From: Dethiobacter sp. | GTDB lineage: Bacteria; Bacillota; Dethiobacteria; DTU022; UBA8154 | Assembly (NCBI GenBank): GCA_020725665.1 | Contig: DYEO01000028.1 | Location: 718-64,717 of the forward strand | DNA: 64,000 nucleotides | Reading direction: 5' to 3' | Shown: one piece after another, positions 9,350 to 19,048 of the stretch | Numbering within the stretch: the stretch's first letter is position 1 | Layout of the letters: each line of letters starts with the position of its first letter | Notes under the pieces: model-generated | The model's input: the letters and a program-made list of their open reading frames with translations, nothing else | Database searches by the model: none | What the model was told of the DNA's origin: nothing | Program-made: the position numbers and the translations under genes

Positions 9350-10094
9350 AATTTTGCGCGGTATTGATATCAGAGGTTGGAAAACATATGAGCCCCGGGT
9401 GCCTGAGGAGGGAAAACCCGGGGACGATCTTAAAGAGAACGCATTGATGGAGCCCCAGCTTCCACCACCGCCCACGCGGGAGGAAATTGAAAAGGAGCGG
9501 ACAGAGATCCTGGCGGCGGCCCGGCAGGAGGGAGAGCGCATACGCCGGCAGATCCTGGCAAAAGCAGGCGAGGAAGCGACCGTTCTCCGGGAGAGGGCCA
9601 TTGCGGAAGGTTACGGGGAAGGCTATGCCCGGGGTGAGCAGGAGGCGGAGAAACTGCGGGAAGAAGCGGCGCATACCCTAAAAAGGGCAAAAGAGGAGCA
9701 CCGCAATATGCTTGACGGTGCGGAGGAGGAGATCCTGCGCATCGCCGTCAGCATGGCGGAAAAGCTTGTGCACGTGCAGGTGGAACTGAACGAGGATGTG
9801 ATCCTGGCCATGCTGGTGCGCTGTCTGGAAAGTTTACCCGGGGGGCGCGAGCTGGTGCTGCGTGTCAATCCCCGGGATGAGCAACTCTGCCGCAGCAAGG
9901 GACAAATGCTGCAGGGTTTATTGCGCCGGGATGCCTCCCTGCAGATTGTTGCCGATGCTGATCTGCCAAGTGGAAGCTGCATCGTGGAATCGGAAGAAGC
10001 AGAAGTCGCTTTTCTATTACAAAAAGAACTGGAAATCCTTACTAAAAAACTCCTCGCTTTGGCAGTTGACAGGGGACAAAGGACAATTGGATAA
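9333..10094 (+). CDS. fliH: flagellar assembly protein FliH
   Basis: Glu/Arg-rich coiled-coil N-terminus followed by a FliH C-domain. Overlaps the fliG stop and precedes fliI. Confidence 0.8.
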   Translation: MPLSPKILRGIDIRGWKTYEPRVPEEGKPGDDLKENALMEPQLPPPPTREEIEKERTEILAAARQEGERIRRQILAKAGEEATVLRERAIAEGYGEGYARGEQEAEKLREEAAHTLKRAKEEHRNMLDGAEEEILRIAVSMAEKLVHVQVELNEDVILAMLVRCLESLPGGRELVLRVNPRDEQLCRSKGQMLQGLLRRDASLQIVADADLPSGSCIVESEEAEVAFLLQKELEILTKKLLALAVDRGQRTIG

Positions 10095-10189
10095 ATGGAT
10101 GGTTTGATGTTTCTCCGGCGTGCCGGCACACCGACTTCTGAGCTCTGGCTCGTAGGGGCGGACGACCCTGTCCGCCCGCCTGGTTTGCA

Positions 10190-11560
10190 ATGGATTTCGG
10201 GCATCTGTTTGGGGGATATGGGGCTATGCCAGTCAAGCTAATCGATTATGAGCGCTACTACCGGGAGATCTGGGCCCATACCCCTTTGAGCGTGAAGGGA
10301 AAGGTCACCCAGGTGATCGGCCTGGTAATGGAGGTCAGTGGACTGCGCCCCTCTATCGGGGAATACTGCCTCGTGGAGGTGGAGGGTGAAAAAGAACCGG
10401 TTGGTGCGGAGGTGGTGGGCTTCCGCCAGGGGAGATCCCTGTTAATGCCCCTGGGCAACCTGCGGGGCATTGCACAGGGCTGTCGCGTACTGGCCACGGG
10501 CAAACCTTTTCAGATCAAGATCTCTCCCGACCTGCCAGGCAAGGTTCTGAACGGCCTTGGCAGGCCCATTTTTGGCGGGGAACTGGGGAAGGCGCTGGAA
10601 TACACGGTGGAAAACCAGCCGCCCAATCCCCTGGAACGCCGCCCCATTGAGGAAGTAATGGTTACAGGAGTGCAGGCCATTGACTGCCTGCTGACCTGCG
10701 GCCAGGGGCAGCGCATCGGTATTTTCTCCGGCAGCGGCGTGGGAAAAAGCACGCTGCTGGGCATGATCGCCCGTTTCAGCGAAGCGGAGATCAGCGTGAT
10801 CGGCCTGGTGGGGGAACGGGGCCGGGAAGTTATGGATTTTATCAACAATGACCTTGGGCCGGAGGGATTGAAGCGCTCCGTAGTAGTAGTCTCCACCTCG
10901 GACCGTCCGGCCCTGGAACGGGTGAAGGCGGCTCATGTGGCCACGGCAGTAGCGGAGTACTTTCGCGACCAGGGGCGCCGCGTTATTTTGATGATGGACT
11001 CCGTAACCCGCTATGCCATGGCCTTACGGGAAATCGGCCTAGCCATCGGTGAACCGCCGGCCACCAAAGGTTATACCCCTTCCGTTTTTGCCGCCCTGCC
11101 CCGCCTGCTGGAGCGATCCGGCACATCCAGTACCGGTTCCATCACCGGTTTTTATTCCGTCTTGGTTGACGGGGATGATTTTAATGAACCTGTAGCTGAC
11201 GCCGTAAGGGGGATCCTCGACGGCCATATCATTCTGAGCAGGAAGCTGGCAGCCCGCAATCACTTTCCGGCCATTGATGTGCTGGGAAGTACAAGCCGGC
11301 TGATGCCCTATATCGTGCCGCTAGAACACAGGGAACATGCTGCCCGTGTCCTGGAACTCCTTGCCACGTACCGGGATAACGAGGATCTGATCAATATCGG
11401 CGCCTATGTCAAGGGCTCCAACCCGCAGGTGGACCGGGCTATCGCGTACCGTGATCGGATCGAGCGTTTCCTGCGCCAGGACCTGTCCGCATCAGTTACC
11501 TGGGAGCAAAGCATGAAGGCCTTCGCCGGTCTTTTTATTACCGGACCCGGTGAAAAATAA
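10190..11560 (+). CDS. fliI: flagellum-specific ATP synthase FliI
   Basis: Walker A GSGVGKSTLLGMI and Walker B ILMMDSVTRYA; F1/T3SS ATPase fold. An alternative ATG lies at 10229. Confidence 0.95.
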   Translation: MDFGHLFGGYGAMPVKLIDYERYYREIWAHTPLSVKGKVTQVIGLVMEVSGLRPSIGEYCLVEVEGEKEPVGAEVVGFRQGRSLLMPLGNLRGIAQGCRVLATGKPFQIKISPDLPGKVLNGLGRPIFGGELGKALEYTVENQPPNPLERRPIEEVMVTGVQAIDCLLTCGQGQRIGIFSGSGVGKSTLLGMIARFSEAEISVIGLVGERGREVMDFINNDLGPEGLKRSVVVVSTSDRPALERVKAAHVATAVAEYFRDQGRRVILMMDSVTRYAMALREIGLAIGEPPATKGYTPSVFAALPRLLERSGTSSTGSITGFYSVLVDGDDFNEPVADAVRGILDGHIILSRKLAARNHFPAIDVLGSTSRLMPYIVPLEHREHAARVLELLATYRDNEDLINIGAYVKGSNPQVDRAIAYRDRIERFLRQDLSASVTWEQSMKAFAGLFITGPGEK

Positions 11561-11640
11561 TTCTAATACTCTTTAAAAAATACATTTTTATGGCGAAAAG
11601 AATAATAGAAAAAGGAGGATTCATCCTCCGGTGATTGATT

Positions 11641-12132
11641 ATGGCTTTTGAGTTCAGGCTCCAGAAATTGCTGGATTACCGGGAAAATCAGAAAAAGCTG
11701 GCACAGGAAGAGCTGGCCCGCCGGCAGCGGGAATTGCTGGCAGTCCAACAGGAGCTGGACCGGCTGCGGGACGAAGAAAAACGTCTTCTGGAAAACCACC
11801 GCCGCTGTCAGGAAAAGGATCTGAATATCCCGGCCCTAATCTTTCTGGAAAATTATCGCCTTTTCCTGCAGGAGAGTTGCCGCAAATGTGTGGAAGAGCT
11901 GGACCGGGGAGAGGAACACGTGGAACAGCAACGGCATGTTGTTCTGGAAACGTGGCGTTCCTGCCGTATCTTGTCAACATTACGGGAAAAGGCACATTCA
12001 GAATACCGGGAAGAGGAAAAAATAAGCGAGCAGCGCCTTAATGATGAATTGGGGCTTAAATGTTTCATGAGGCGGGAGCAGGAGTTAGGGAAAGTGGAAA
12101 ACCATATTTTGAAGGAAGGTGATAGGGACTAA
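11641..12132 (+). CDS. fliJ: flagellar export protein FliJ
   Basis: Coiled-coil ~160 aa with FEFRLQKLLDYRENQKKLAQEELA, the FliJ pattern. Lies between fliI and fliK. Confidence 0.85.
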   Translation: MAFEFRLQKLLDYRENQKKLAQEELARRQRELLAVQQELDRLRDEEKRLLENHRRCQEKDLNIPALIFLENYRLFLQESCRKCVEELDRGEEHVEQQRHVVLETWRSCRILSTLREKAHSEYREEEKISEQRLNDELGLKCFMRREQELGKVENHILKEGDRD

Positions 12133-12156
12133 CATTTTTTTCTGCCAGGGAAGGAG

Positions 12157-13725
12157 GTGATGAACAGGTTGAAAACAGAAGCTATCGGCAATGCTGTTCC
12201 CCGGCAGGCCGAGAGTGGAGCGGCTGGCCGCCATGCTGTTGACGGCAGTTCATTCTCCGCGATGTTGCAGGCGATCTTTGCCGCACGCATGCAAAGCACC
12301 AGGGCAGCAACGGGCGGCACCCATGATGCCGTACCTGCGGAGGCGTTGCGGGGTGACGCTTCAGCAAAGGAAGCAGAATTACCAATTTTTAAGGAACTTC
12401 ATACTGTCTTCGAAAGTGATGCACGACAAGCTGATGATCAGGTAATTGCTGAGGGCTCGACTGCAGGAATAGAAGATGCCTTGGCGCCGGCAGTTGTGCA
12501 TGTTGAACAGGAAACCGGGGCCGCTATAAATGTGTTGGCAGGGGGTCCGTTTTTTGTTTTTCCCCTGCAGCAGTGGGAAGAGCTGCCTCCCGCAGCGCAG
12601 GAATTGGTCAAACTTATTCTGGCAGGGCTGCTGGGTGAAAACACGGCGCTGAAAGGAGACCACGTCTCTCCCGGCCGGCTCGCGGCACTGCAAGTACAGG
12701 CAAGCGTCACAACTGCTGAAAGCGGTTTTACCGCAATGCCGAAAATATCACAACAACTGCTCGAACAGCAACTGCCCGAGTTTAGGCAGCAACTGCCGGC
12801 AAGGATAACGGAGTTAACACGGGGCGGGGCGGAGATAGAAAATCAGGAAAAACAGCTTTTAGCCGGCCCGCTGCTTACTGAAGGTGGATTGAGTTCCCAA
12901 TCCTCAGCCCTTCTGGCGTCCTATCTGCAGGAGGGGAAACCCCTCGCCGCGTTGCCGCAGGCCGTGCTGACGGAGCTGGGTGAATGCCTGGTGAAAATGG
13001 AAATCTACCAGGAAGGGGACGCAGCAGAGCCCGGGGAGAAGAACGGCCCCCTGCAGAGCCTGCTCACCCGCGTGGAGAAGTTCCTGCAAAGCCTGCTGAG
13101 CTGCGGCCGTGAAGAGGCAAACGGCCCGGCTGGACAATCCGGAAATATGTTGGGGGAACAGCAGCTTAAAGGGCAGACACTGCCGGCGGAGCAAAATCTT
13201 TTAATTGCAGCGGAAGAAAATGACGGCGGGAGATTTGGCGCCGTCTTGAGCGGTCGTGCCGAGGGACCTGCCGGCGGACGGGGCTTTGTTGCCTTTACCC
13301 CTCCTTTCCAGCCGAACGAGGTCATGGCCCAGGTGATGGAGCGTGTTGCGCTGCTGGCCCGTCCCGGGGTGCAGGAACTGCGCCTGCATTTGCAGCCCGA
13401 CTATCTCGGCAATATTCTGATCCGGCTGCGCAATATAAAGGGCGTGCTCTCTGCGGAGGTTCTCACACAGCACCTGGCGGTTAAGGAACTGCTCGAAGGC
13501 CAGTTGGATAAGCTGCGCCAGCGTTTCCAGGATATGAACCTGGCGGTGGAGGAATTTCGCGTACTAGTGGGTGGCGGTGAGCGGGAAGGCCGCGGCGAAG
13601 CACAATATGCGCCCGAGGAACCCCGGGTTGACTTTTATACCGGGAAGGCGGACCTGCAGCATCCCGTAACAGTGGAAACGGCGTACAGGGACGGTAAACA
13701 GCACCTTGTAAACTACCTGGCCTGA
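12157..13725 (+). CDS. fliK: flagellar hook-length control protein FliK
   Basis: Low-complexity N-terminal region and a conserved FliK C-domain (LHLQPDYLGNILIRLRNIKGVLSAEVLTQH). Confidence 0.85.
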   Translation: MMNRLKTEAIGNAVPRQAESGAAGRHAVDGSSFSAMLQAIFAARMQSTRAATGGTHDAVPAEALRGDASAKEAELPIFKELHTVFESDARQADDQVIAEGSTAGIEDALAPAVVHVEQETGAAINVLAGGPFFVFPLQQWEELPPAAQELVKLILAGLLGENTALKGDHVSPGRLAALQVQASVTTAESGFTAMPKISQQLLEQQLPEFRQQLPARITELTRGGAEIENQEKQLLAGPLLTEGGLSSQSSALLASYLQEGKPLAALPQAVLTELGECLVKMEIYQEGDAAEPGEKNGPLQSLLTRVEKFLQSLLSCGREEANGPAGQSGNMLGEQQLKGQTLPAEQNLLIAAEENDGGRFGAVLSGRAEGPAGGRGFVAFTPPFQPNEVMAQVMERVALLARPGVQELRLHLQPDYLGNILIRLRNIKGVLSAEVLTQHLAVKELLEGQLDKLRQRFQDMNLAVEEFRVLVGGGEREGRGEAQYAPEEPRVDFYTGKADLQHPVTVETAYRDGKQHLVNYLA

Positions 13726-13784
13726 GAAAAAAAGTCACCGGCACTCTGATATCTGACATCCGCATTTTTGGGAGGTGTTGAGTT

Positions 13785-14216
13785 GTGACAGTCGGCGCTG
13801 TAACGGGCGGCCCCGGTGGAACATATAACAGCAGTAAGGAAAGCAGGGTTGAAAACAGGGCCATGGATATGGGGACGGAAACCTTCCTCAAACTGCTTGT
13901 TACGCAAATGCGCTACCAGGACCCCTTCAGCGGGGGGCAGGACATGGGTGATTTCATGAGCCAGATAGCCCAGTTCACCATGCTGGAGCGCCTGATCAAG
14001 CTGCAGCAGACGGTGGAAAATTTTGCCGCACAGCAGGGCCCGGCCCAATCTTTGCACCTGCTCAACCGCATGGTGGAAGTTAAGGACGAGTACGGCCAAC
14101 TGCAGTGGGGTGAGGTAACAGCCATCCGCTTCGCAGACGGAAAACCGCTGCTCAGGGTAAACGGGAAGGAGTTCTCCCTGCAGGCGCTGCAGCGGGTTGA
14201 AGGTGATCGGGATTAA
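13785..14216 (+). CDS. flgD: flagellar hook capping/assembly protein FlgD
   Basis: FLKLLVTQMRYQDPFSGGQD... is the FlgD N-motif. Start is GTG 13785 or ATG 13863. Confidence 0.88.
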   Translation: MTVGAVTGGPGGTYNSSKESRVENRAMDMGTETFLKLLVTQMRYQDPFSGGQDMGDFMSQIAQFTMLERLIKLQQTVENFAAQQGPAQSLHLLNRMVEVKDEYGQLQWGEVTAIRFADGKPLLRVNGKEFSLQALQRVEGDRD

Positions 14217-14239
14217 GTGCAGGTGAAGGTGGTGATAGA

Positions 14240-14659
14240 ATGATGCCTGACAGCGGCATCAACAAACTGCATATCTCCAGGCCGGGGGAAACCAGGGCTC
14301 CGGGTAAGCATGTCTGCTTTCCGGTGACTAGTGAAAAGGGGAACATAAAACCTGCCGCGGCAGATTTTGCCCGGGTACTGGAGCAGCAGCGGGTGCGGAC
14401 GGAGGAGATCAACTTCTCCGCCCACGCGCGCCAACGCCTGCAGGACCGCTGTATCGATCTGGACGCGGAGGAGATGAGCAAGCTGGCACGTGCTGTGGAT
14501 AAGGCGGCGGAGAAGGGGTGCCGTTCTTCCCTGCTCCTTTACCGCGATATGGCCTTTGTGGCCGGCGTGGCAAACCGCACCATTATCACGGCACTGGACG
14601 GACAAAACATGAAGGAGCATGTTTTCACCAATATTGACAGCGCCCTAATCGTGGAGTAA
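14240..14659 (+). CDS. flagellar operon protein (TIGR02530-like, between flgD and flgE)
   Basis: 139-aa conserved ORF in the position typical of Clostridia and Bacilli between flgD and flgE. Confidence 0.6.
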   Translation: MMPDSGINKLHISRPGETRAPGKHVCFPVTSEKGNIKPAAADFARVLEQQRVRTEEINFSAHARQRLQDRCIDLDAEEMSKLARAVDKAAEKGCRSSLLLYRDMAFVAGVANRTIITALDGQNMKEHVFTNIDSALIVE

Positions 14660-14817
14660 GGCTTGCAGGGTTAAACGTTATGGTAGAACAGGGGCTGGAC
14701 CTCCCACGGGGAAGCCCGGGGCTGTGGAACGATTGAAACAGCCCGAACCTACGCGAAGCCAGTACCATGTTATGACGCTGCAGCGTGAGGACGAAAAGAC
14801 AAGGAGGTCATTGGTTA

Positions 14818-16755
14818 ATGCTAAGATCGCTGTCTACGGCTGTTTCCGGCCTGCGTAATCATCAGAACAAGCTGGACGTGGTCGGTAACAATATCGCCAA
14901 TGTGAATACGGTGGGTTACAAGTACAACACGGCTCTTTTCCAGGATATTTTTAGCCAGACGATACGGGGGGCCACTGCACCCCAGGCCGGTACGGGCGGG
15001 GTCAACCCCATGCAGGTCGGACTGGGCATGGGACTGTTGTCCTCCAATACGATTCATACCCCGGGGGCGATTACCCGGACCGGCAGGGAAACGGACCTGG
15101 CCATAGAGGGAAACGGTTTCTTTGTAGTGAGCAACGGAGCACAGAATTTTTATACCCGTGACGGATCCTTCGCACGGGATTCCTCCGGTATGCTCGTTAA
15201 CGCCAACGGTATGACCCTCATGGGGTGGCTCCCCATTGTGGGGGACGATGGCCTGGAGTATATCGACACATCCCAACCGCTCGGCAGGATCATTATCCGC
15301 CTGGGGGAAGATTCCATTGCCAAAGCCACCACGCTTATGGAGTTCGCCGGCAACCTGGATGCATCCAAAGGTATACCCTCAAGCTTGGCGCTGGACAGGT
15401 TGTCGGGGATTAACGGGGTGCTCGCCAGCGGCCTGCAGTACGGAAATTATCAAGTGATTACGGAAAATAATACTGCCAATATTGATGCTGCTGCTGTAAG
15501 ACAGCCGGGGGGCAGCGCATGGCTTACGGCTGACCCTGCAATTTCCGCCAATACTGCTTATAACGCCTCAATTCTGGTTGAAGTTACTGCAAAAGAGGGA
15601 AACAATGTTACCTTTACCCTGACATCTCATGAATACAATAAGGCAACAGGAGCATATCAAAAAGCTACATTATCGATAACAAGGGATGTTACAGCTGCAG
15701 CAAATCTATTTGCAGGTGCCGAAGCAACTCGTAAAATTGGTAACATTGTTTTTAACGATGCTACTGGAACGTTAGTTGCAGGAGCGGGCAATTATGCGAT
15801 TGGTGATAAAGTTGTCATCGACGTTAAAGCCCAGGCAACCGGCGGGGATAACGAGCGCGTCCAGATCGGTTATGACTCGCCGAACGGTGCCGGGTATGAT
15901 GTAATATCGCAATGGGTTTTTGCTAATGATTTATTAAATGAAAAAAACTCGACCCTGCGCTTTTTCACCCTTGGCCCCAATGGTAGCGTATACGATGGTT
16001 TTGTTGCTTTAGGCGTTGATACCCTGGGATCTTCCACAGGCGACCATACCACTTTTACTTTTACCCGGGATAATGAGTCTGCTTACGGTTACACTGCCTA
16101 TGCCTACGATTCCCTGGGAAACCAGCATTTCCTGGACATTGTTTTTAACAAAACAGACACGAACACCTGGGAGTATACAATAACCCACAAGGATAGGAAC
16201 ATCACGCCGGCAGGGGAAAAGGGGACGCTGATTTTTGACACCAGGGGCAGGTTACTGGAAACATCCAATATTCCGCTGCTTACCTTTGATCCTGCGAACG
16301 GGGCGGCAGCAGTGGAATTTACCCCCAATTTCAGCGTAATCACCCAACTGGTCTCCGACAGCAACGTGATCGCCCGCAAGCAGGACGGGTTCGCCGCCGG
16401 GGAACTGGTGGCCTTTAATATACAGTCTACGGGAATTGTTTCCGGCATTTACACCAACGGCATGATCAAGGAATTAGCCCAGGTGGCCATGGCCTCCTTT
16501 ATCAATCCCGAGGGCCTGATCAAAGTGGGCGCCAATCTCTACGACATCTCCGCCAACTCCGGGGATCCCCGTATTGGCAAGCCCGGTGAGCAGGGACGGG
16601 GCATGATCCAGTCCATGGCCCTGGAGATGTCCAATGTGGACCTGGCCAATGAGTTCACGCAGATGATCACGACAAGCCGGGCCTTCCAGGCCAATTCCCG
16701 GGTGATCAGCACCTCCGACGAGGTCCTTATGGAGCTGATCAATATCAAGCGATAG
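14818..16755 (+). CDS. flgE: flagellar hook protein FlgE (with large central insertion)
   Basis: N-terminal SLSTAVSGLRNHQNKLDVVGNNIANVNTVGYK and C-terminal MSNVDLANEFTQMITTSRAFQANSRVISTSDEVLMELINIK. ~250 extra central residues are rich in T, G and N. AAGGAGG SD precedes the ATG at 14818. Confidence 0.92.
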   Translation: MLRSLSTAVSGLRNHQNKLDVVGNNIANVNTVGYKYNTALFQDIFSQTIRGATAPQAGTGGVNPMQVGLGMGLLSSNTIHTPGAITRTGRETDLAIEGNGFFVVSNGAQNFYTRDGSFARDSSGMLVNANGMTLMGWLPIVGDDGLEYIDTSQPLGRIIIRLGEDSIAKATTLMEFAGNLDASKGIPSSLALDRLSGINGVLASGLQYGNYQVITENNTANIDAAAVRQPGGSAWLTADPAISANTAYNASILVEVTAKEGNNVTFTLTSHEYNKATGAYQKATLSITRDVTAAANLFAGAEATRKIGNIVFNDATGTLVAGAGNYAIGDKVVIDVKAQATGGDNERVQIGYDSPNGAGYDVISQWVFANDLLNEKNSTLRFFTLGPNGSVYDGFVALGVDTLGSSTGDHTTFTFTRDNESAYGYTAYAYDSLGNQHFLDIVFNKTDTNTWEYTITHKDRNITPAGEKGTLIFDTRGRLLETSNIPLLTFDPANGAAAVEFTPNFSVITQLVSDSNVIARKQDGFAAGELVAFNIQSTGIVSGIYTNGMIKELAQVAMASFINPEGLIKVGANLYDISANSGDPRIGKPGEQGRGMIQSMALEMSNVDLANEFTQMITTSRAFQANSRVISTSDEVLMELINIKR

Positions 16756-16824
16756 ATTTTGCCATAAACATCTTTTTAGGGAAAAAGCAGGAATTTCCCC
16801 GGACCCTGACGAAAAAATATTATT

Positions 16825-16842
16825 TGACTACTGACTACTGAA
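16825..16842. repeat. short tandem heptamer repeat TGACTAC x2 (+TGA)
   Basis: tTGACTACTGACTACTGA in the gap between flgE and motA. Confidence 0.6.
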
Positions 16843-16875
16843 ATTTCGCGCATCTCCTGGAAACGGGGTTGAAGG

Positions 16876-17682
16876 ATGAAGAAGTTCGATGTTTTGACTG
16901 CCGGCGGTGTGGTTTTCGGCTTGGGGCTTGTGCTCTGGGGTATCCTCATGGGCAGTCCCCTGAATGCTTTCATCAATTACCCGGGAATGTTGATTACCCT
17001 GGGTGGATCCTTTGGCGCCCTGCTGGTGAACTTCCAGATGGACCAGGTCAAACAGGTTATGAAGGTAACGATGCAGGCCATATTTGAGAAAAAACAGGAC
17101 ATCGGTAACCTCGCGGAAGTATTTGCCGGACTGGCGCAGCGGGCACGGCGCGAGGGTCTCCTGGCCCTGGAGGACGACATGGAAGAGCTGGACGATCCCT
17201 TCCTGCGTAACGGGCTGCAGATGGTTATTGACGGCTTTGAACCCGAATCCATTCGCGATATCATGGAGACGGACATAAGGGCGCTGGGAATGCGGCACAC
17301 GCTGGGTCAGAACCTTTTTCGCGTCTGGGGTACTTATGCCCCCGCCTTTGGCATGATCGGCACGCTCATCGGCCTGGTGCAGATGCTCACCGCTCTGGAC
17401 GACCCGGAAAAGATCGGTCCCGGTATGGCCGTGGCCCTGCTCACAACATTTTACGGGGTGCTGCTGGCCAACCTGGTTTTACTGCCTATCGCCGGCAAAC
17501 TGGAGATCCGCAGCGAAGCGGAAATAAGCTACCGGGAAGCGATTGTGGATTCGCTGCTGGCCCTGCAGGCAGGGATAAACCCGCGCATCCTGCAGGAGAA
17601 ACTCAAGGCCTACCTCTCGCCGCAGGAAAGGGAAGCGGCGGAAGGGGAAAAGAAATCCTCCGAGGAGGCGATGGCCGGATGA
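16876..17682 (+). CDS. motA: flagellar motor stator protein MotA
   Basis: 4-TM MotA/TolQ/ExbB family with conserved PAFGMIGTLIGLVQML. Confidence 0.93.
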   Translation: MKKFDVLTAGGVVFGLGLVLWGILMGSPLNAFINYPGMLITLGGSFGALLVNFQMDQVKQVMKVTMQAIFEKKQDIGNLAEVFAGLAQRARREGLLALEDDMEELDDPFLRNGLQMVIDGFEPESIRDIMETDIRALGMRHTLGQNLFRVWGTYAPAFGMIGTLIGLVQMLTALDDPEKIGPGMAVALLTTFYGVLLANLVLLPIAGKLEIRSEAEISYREAIVDSLLALQAGINPRILQEKLKAYLSPQEREAAEGEKKSSEEAMAG

Positions 17683-17719
17683 AAGGGCTGCGGTCTGAGC
17701 CGGTGTCAGGGGTGCTGCT

Positions 17720-18499
17720 ATGAGCAGGGATAAGCGGCCCAAAAAGCAGGAAGAGGTCGGTGCACCCCATTGGATGACCACTTACGGCGACATGGTCACT
17801 CTGCTGCTCACATTTTTTGTGCTGTTGTTCACCTTTTCCTCCCTTGATGTAAAGCGCTTTCATGAGGTTATGTCCGCCATTCAACACTCCTTTATGGGAC
17901 GCAGCGGCATCTTAATGGGATCGGTGGACCCTGCCGCCGGGGAAGGGCAGCGTTTGGATGCGGCGGAAGCCGCCACGCTGCAGGAGCTGGCGGAAGCCAT
18001 GGGCGAACAGGAATATGTCGTCCTGGAGATGTTGCACGAGCTGGAGGAAACGTATGAAAAGGTAAAGGCTTTCCTGAAGGAAGCAGGCCTGGAGGACGAT
18101 ATTCAACTGCGCCTGGAGGAACGGGGTATTGTGCTTGAGCTACCGGAGCGGATCCTTTTTGATTCAGGGCAGGCAGTGATCAAACGGGAATTCCTGCCCA
18201 CCCTCGACATCCTGGTGGGCCTGCTGGCTGAAATCCCCAACCAGGTGATTGTGGAGGGACATACGGACAATGTGCCTATAAGAACATTTTTTTATCCCAG
18301 CAACTGGGAGTTGTCGGTGGCGCGGAGCGTCAGTGTGGCCCGCTACCTCATAGATATGCACAACATAAACCCCCGTCGCCTGGTGGCCACAGGTTACGGG
18401 GAGCATCACCCCATCGACACAAATGAAACGGCGGAGGGACGGGCCAACAACCGCCGCGTGACCCTGGTCATATCGATCCTGAAAGTCAATGAAGTTTAA
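17720..18499 (+). CDS. motB: flagellar motor stator protein MotB (OmpA-like C-domain)
   Basis: Plug/TM region WMTTYGDMVTLLLTFFVLLF with the conserved Asp, followed by an OmpA peptidoglycan-binding domain (GHTDN...RANNRRV). Confidence 0.93.
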   Translation: MSRDKRPKKQEEVGAPHWMTTYGDMVTLLLTFFVLLFTFSSLDVKRFHEVMSAIQHSFMGRSGILMGSVDPAAGEGQRLDAAEAATLQELAEAMGEQEYVVLEMLHELEETYEKVKAFLKEAGLEDDIQLRLEERGIVLELPERILFDSGQAVIKREFLPTLDILVGLLAEIPNQVIVEGHTDNVPIRTFFYPSNWELSVARSVSVARYLIDMHNINPRRLVATGYGEHHPIDTNETAEGRANNRRVTLVISILKVNEV

Positions 18500-18517
18500 T
18501 GATTAAGGTGGGATAAG

Positions 18518-19033
18518 ATGGCTCCGGCAGAAGAAGTTATCAAGGTGGAAAAAAAGCAGCGCAAGAGCAAAAAAGGACTAATCCTCGTTGTTGTCGCCGT
18601 AATACTGATCCTCTTCCTGGGGATTGCCTATTTTGCCCTGCGCACAGGTTTGCTCGGTGATTTGATGCTAAGCTTCGAAGACAGAAAAAAAACCACGTCT
18701 TCAAGGCGCACGGAGCTGGAGAAGGCGCCCGAGTTCATGTATGAAGTGCCGGAGATTGTTGTGAACCTGGAGGAAGGTACAGCCAAGGGCCGGTTTTTAA
18801 GTATCAAGTTTTTTATCGGTTACAACAATGCCAAGCTGCAGCAGACGCTGGATAAACGTATGCCGGAAATCAGGGATGCGGTGCTTACAGTACTCTGGCA
18901 GAGAAACAGTGATGATATCAAGACTGCCGCCGGTAAGCAACGGCTGCGGGAGGATGTACACAATACTATCGCAGACCTTCTTTATGAAGATGAAATCGTG
19001 GGGATTTATTTCTGGCACGTGATGATCCAATAG
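18518..19033 (+). CDS. fliL: flagellar basal body-associated protein FliL
   Basis: Single N-terminal TM followed by a FliL domain (VPEIVVNLEEGTAKGRFLSIKFFIGY). Confidence 0.88.
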   Translation: MAPAEEVIKVEKKQRKSKKGLILVVVAVILILFLGIAYFALRTGLLGDLMLSFEDRKKTTSSRRTELEKAPEFMYEVPEIVVNLEEGTAKGRFLSIKFFIGYNNAKLQQTLDKRMPEIRDAVLTVLWQRNSDDIKTAAGKQRLREDVHNTIADLLYEDEIVGIYFWHVMIQ

Positions 19034-19048
19034 AGTGGTGGTGTTGTT

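Noticed and set aside
8984-10204. Minus-strand ORFs of 205 and 193 aa antisense to fliG/fliH
   Set aside because: Their low-complexity Ser/Arg/Pro-rich translations are typical of the reverse strand of GC-rich coding DNA. The plus-strand flagellar genes are unambiguous.
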